Source of the DNA: a virus
Lineage: Duplodnaviria; Caudoviricetes
Direction: 5' to 3' (one strand)
Virus record (IMG/VR): IMGVR_UViG_3300020403_000035
Span: 1 to 36,624 of that record
DNA length: 36,624 nucleotides
Below, in pieces: positions 34,877 to 36,624 of this stretch. The notes under the pieces were generated by a model. It saw nothing but the letters and a program-made list of their open reading frames with translations, had not been told where the DNA came from and did no database searches. Each line of letters opens with the position of its first letter. The first letter of the stretch is position 1. The translations under genes were made by a program, and so were the position numbers.

Positions 34877-35764
34877 ATGAGTAACGAAAATGAGATGCTA
34901 AACACAGAACAATCAGTAGATCCACTTACAACTGCTAGTGTACCTACTGGTGATGATGACATTTTTAAGGAAGTATTTGGAGTAGACACCGACCAATTTG
35001 TAGCTAAAGTTGGCGAAGAAGTTCAAGAAACCTCTACAAATGAACCATCTGAAGTATCTGATGTTAGTAATCCAAAGGAAAGTCCTGACCAATTTCAATA
35101 TTGGCAGAGTCAAGCAGATAAAAAAGCTGCTGAAGTTGAAGCGTTGAAAAAGGAAGTAGAAGCTCTTAAGTCGAAAGAAACTTCTGCACCAGAACAACCT
35201 CAACCTGCAGTTGAGTCTCAGGAAATAGTTAGACCTATTAAACCTGTTAGACCGTCTGGTTTTGATAATTCCGAAGCACTAACTGATCCTGATAGTAAAT
35301 CTGCAAAATATCTTGCAGCAAAGGAACAGTATTTAGACGATATGACTGAATACTTAATGTCTCAGGAAGAAAAACGTAATCAACTTACAGAACAACAGCT
35401 GGCACAGCAACAAAAGTTGCAGTCACAAAATCAATTGTTGTCTGATTTACAAACTGGATACGGATATACTCCTGAAGAAGCTAATGACTTTTTAGATAAA
35501 ATGTCTAAGCCTGAGTCGTTGTCGCTAGATAACTTAGTTAAATTACATAAGTCTTTATCATCAAGAGAAAGTGAAAACATCCCGATGACACAACCTAATG
35601 TAATTGATCCAAGACAAAGTGAAATGGCACAAAGACAACAGAAGTTAGCAATTCCTAAACCTATCACGACACAAGCTGGTGCTAGTAAGCAGTCATCTAA
35701 AAGTATAGAAGATCAAATGATGGATTCTATGGTTGCAAACTATAAGAAAAAGAATCCATTTTAA
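34877..35764 (+). CDS. Probable scaffolding protein
   Basis: Acidic, Q-rich coiled-coil protein between portal and capsid genes. AGGAGGA SD. Confidence 0.75.
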   Translation: MSNENEMLNTEQSVDPLTTASVPTGDDDIFKEVFGVDTDQFVAKVGEEVQETSTNEPSEVSDVSNPKESPDQFQYWQSQADKKAAEVEALKKEVEALKSKETSAPEQPQPAVESQEIVRPIKPVRPSGFDNSEALTDPDSKSAKYLAAKEQYLDDMTEYLMSQEEKRNQLTEQQLAQQQKLQSQNQLLSDLQTGYGYTPEEANDFLDKMSKPESLSLDNLVKLHKSLSSRESENIPMTQPNVIDPRQSEMAQRQQKLAIPKPITTQAGASKQSSKSIEDQMMDSMVANYKKKNPF

Positions 35765-35780
35765 TTAAGGAGAAAATAAG

Positions 35781-36624
35781 ATGGCGATTTATAGCATAAA
35801 TCCAGGAGATGCACAGGGCTCTTTAGCTTCAACAAGTATTAATGATTCTAGAAGAATCTTTAACTTTGGAGAGAGAGTAGCTGAGCTTGCACCTCAACAA
35901 TCACCTTTTCTTACTTATTTATCAAAAGTTTCAAATAAGCCTACAGATGATCCTGTATTTAAATTTTTGGAACAAAGACATCAATACCAAAGAAGAAACT
36001 TTCAAATTCAAGCTGCTAAATCTACTGCTGCTTACAGTAGTGGTTTTGACGTAGCAACTTCTTTGGAACTTGATGCTGATGTATTATATGATAAATATGG
36101 AAGAGAAGTATCAACAGCAACAGCACCTGAGTTTTTACTCAAAGATCAAATCGTAGCTATCGAATGTGAATACGATGCTAACGGACAAGATGCTGGTGCG
36201 GGCAGTGAAACAGCTGCTATTGCTTATTATAAGTTAGACGCTGATCCAGCAAAAGTAGATCCCGTTAATAACGTGAACACTGCTGCTAGATTAGATATGA
36301 CTTTTTTAAGAGTAAACTATAAACCTACTGGTTCTAACGGACAAACAGCAACAAACGCAGGACAAATTTCACCTGCTAATGCTTCTAAGTTACACTTTAG
36401 AGAAAATGCAGATGCACAAGTAGTTGGTTCAGCTTTTGCTGAAGGTTCTGCAGATCCAGAAGGTTGGAGAGACGAGTTCTACAACAGAGAAGGATACACA
36501 CAAATCTTTAAGACTAGTGTGCCTCTATTCTCTGGTACAGCATTAGCTACTCGTTATCGTGGACTATCTAACGAATACATGAGAGTATATCAAGAAAAAC
36601 TTATGGAACATAAGATGGATCTTG
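35781..36624 (+). CDS. Major capsid protein (DUF5309/SU10-like), 3' partial
   Basis: AAGGAG SD and a frame open to the window end. Motifs LAPQQSPFL, F.FLE, GSAFAEGS, YTQIFKT, SGTALA and KLMEHKMDL. Confidence 0.88.
   Translation, partial: MAIYSINPGDAQGSLASTSINDSRRIFNFGERVAELAPQQSPFLTYLSKVSNKPTDDPVFKFLEQRHQYQRRNFQIQAAKSTAAYSSGFDVATSLELDADVLYDKYGREVSTATAPEFLLKDQIVAIECEYDANGQDAGAGSETAAIAYYKLDADPAKVDPVNNVNTAARLDMTFLRVNYKPTGSNGQTATNAGQISPANASKLHFRENADAQVVGSAFAEGSADPEGWRDEFYNREGYTQIFKTSVPLFSGTALATRYRGLSNEYMRVYQEKLMEHKMDL

Noticed and set aside
1-36624. CRISPR array, integrase, reverse transcriptase/DGR, intron/intein or stop-codon recoding
   Set aside because: I saw no repeat-spacer periodicity or diagnostic motifs. 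TAA, TAG and TGA all terminate genes, and the core genes are uninterrupted.

Overview
AT-rich segment of a tailed dsDNA bacteriophage with podovirus-like gene content. It has three blocks. (1) + strand, 1-18114: metallophosphoesterase, tail tubular/nozzle protein, a run of tiny Lys/Arg-rich ORFs, probable ejection proteins, a GH24 lysozyme and a 3442-aa giant protein. The giant protein carries the ordered motifs of a single-chain two-barrel RNA polymerase (TDG...K...K...RSP...GADKDID), so it is a probable virion-packaged RNAP of the crAss/phi14:2 gp66 type. (2) - strand, 29306-18138: early/replication block with many small ORFs, an annealing protein, SSB, an AEP primase-polymerase/4-Cys/SF4 helicase fusion and an Hjc-like resolvase, but no recognisable family A/B DNA polymerase. 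Most of its longer intergenic gaps hold long-stem structured elements that often pair best on the minus-strand RNA. (3) + strand, 29542-end: probable TerS, TerL, portal, scaffold and major capsid (truncated). The divergent junction has a GC-rich C(GCA)G triloop hairpin on the early template strand (N4-promoter-like), a long inverted repeat and stacked palindromes. Best candidate for a new system: a crAss-type virion RNAP paired with an N4-style hairpin promoter and a cluster of structured ncRNAs, in a Shine-Dalgarno-using phage. All calls come from reading motifs by eye; no searches or folding programs were run.
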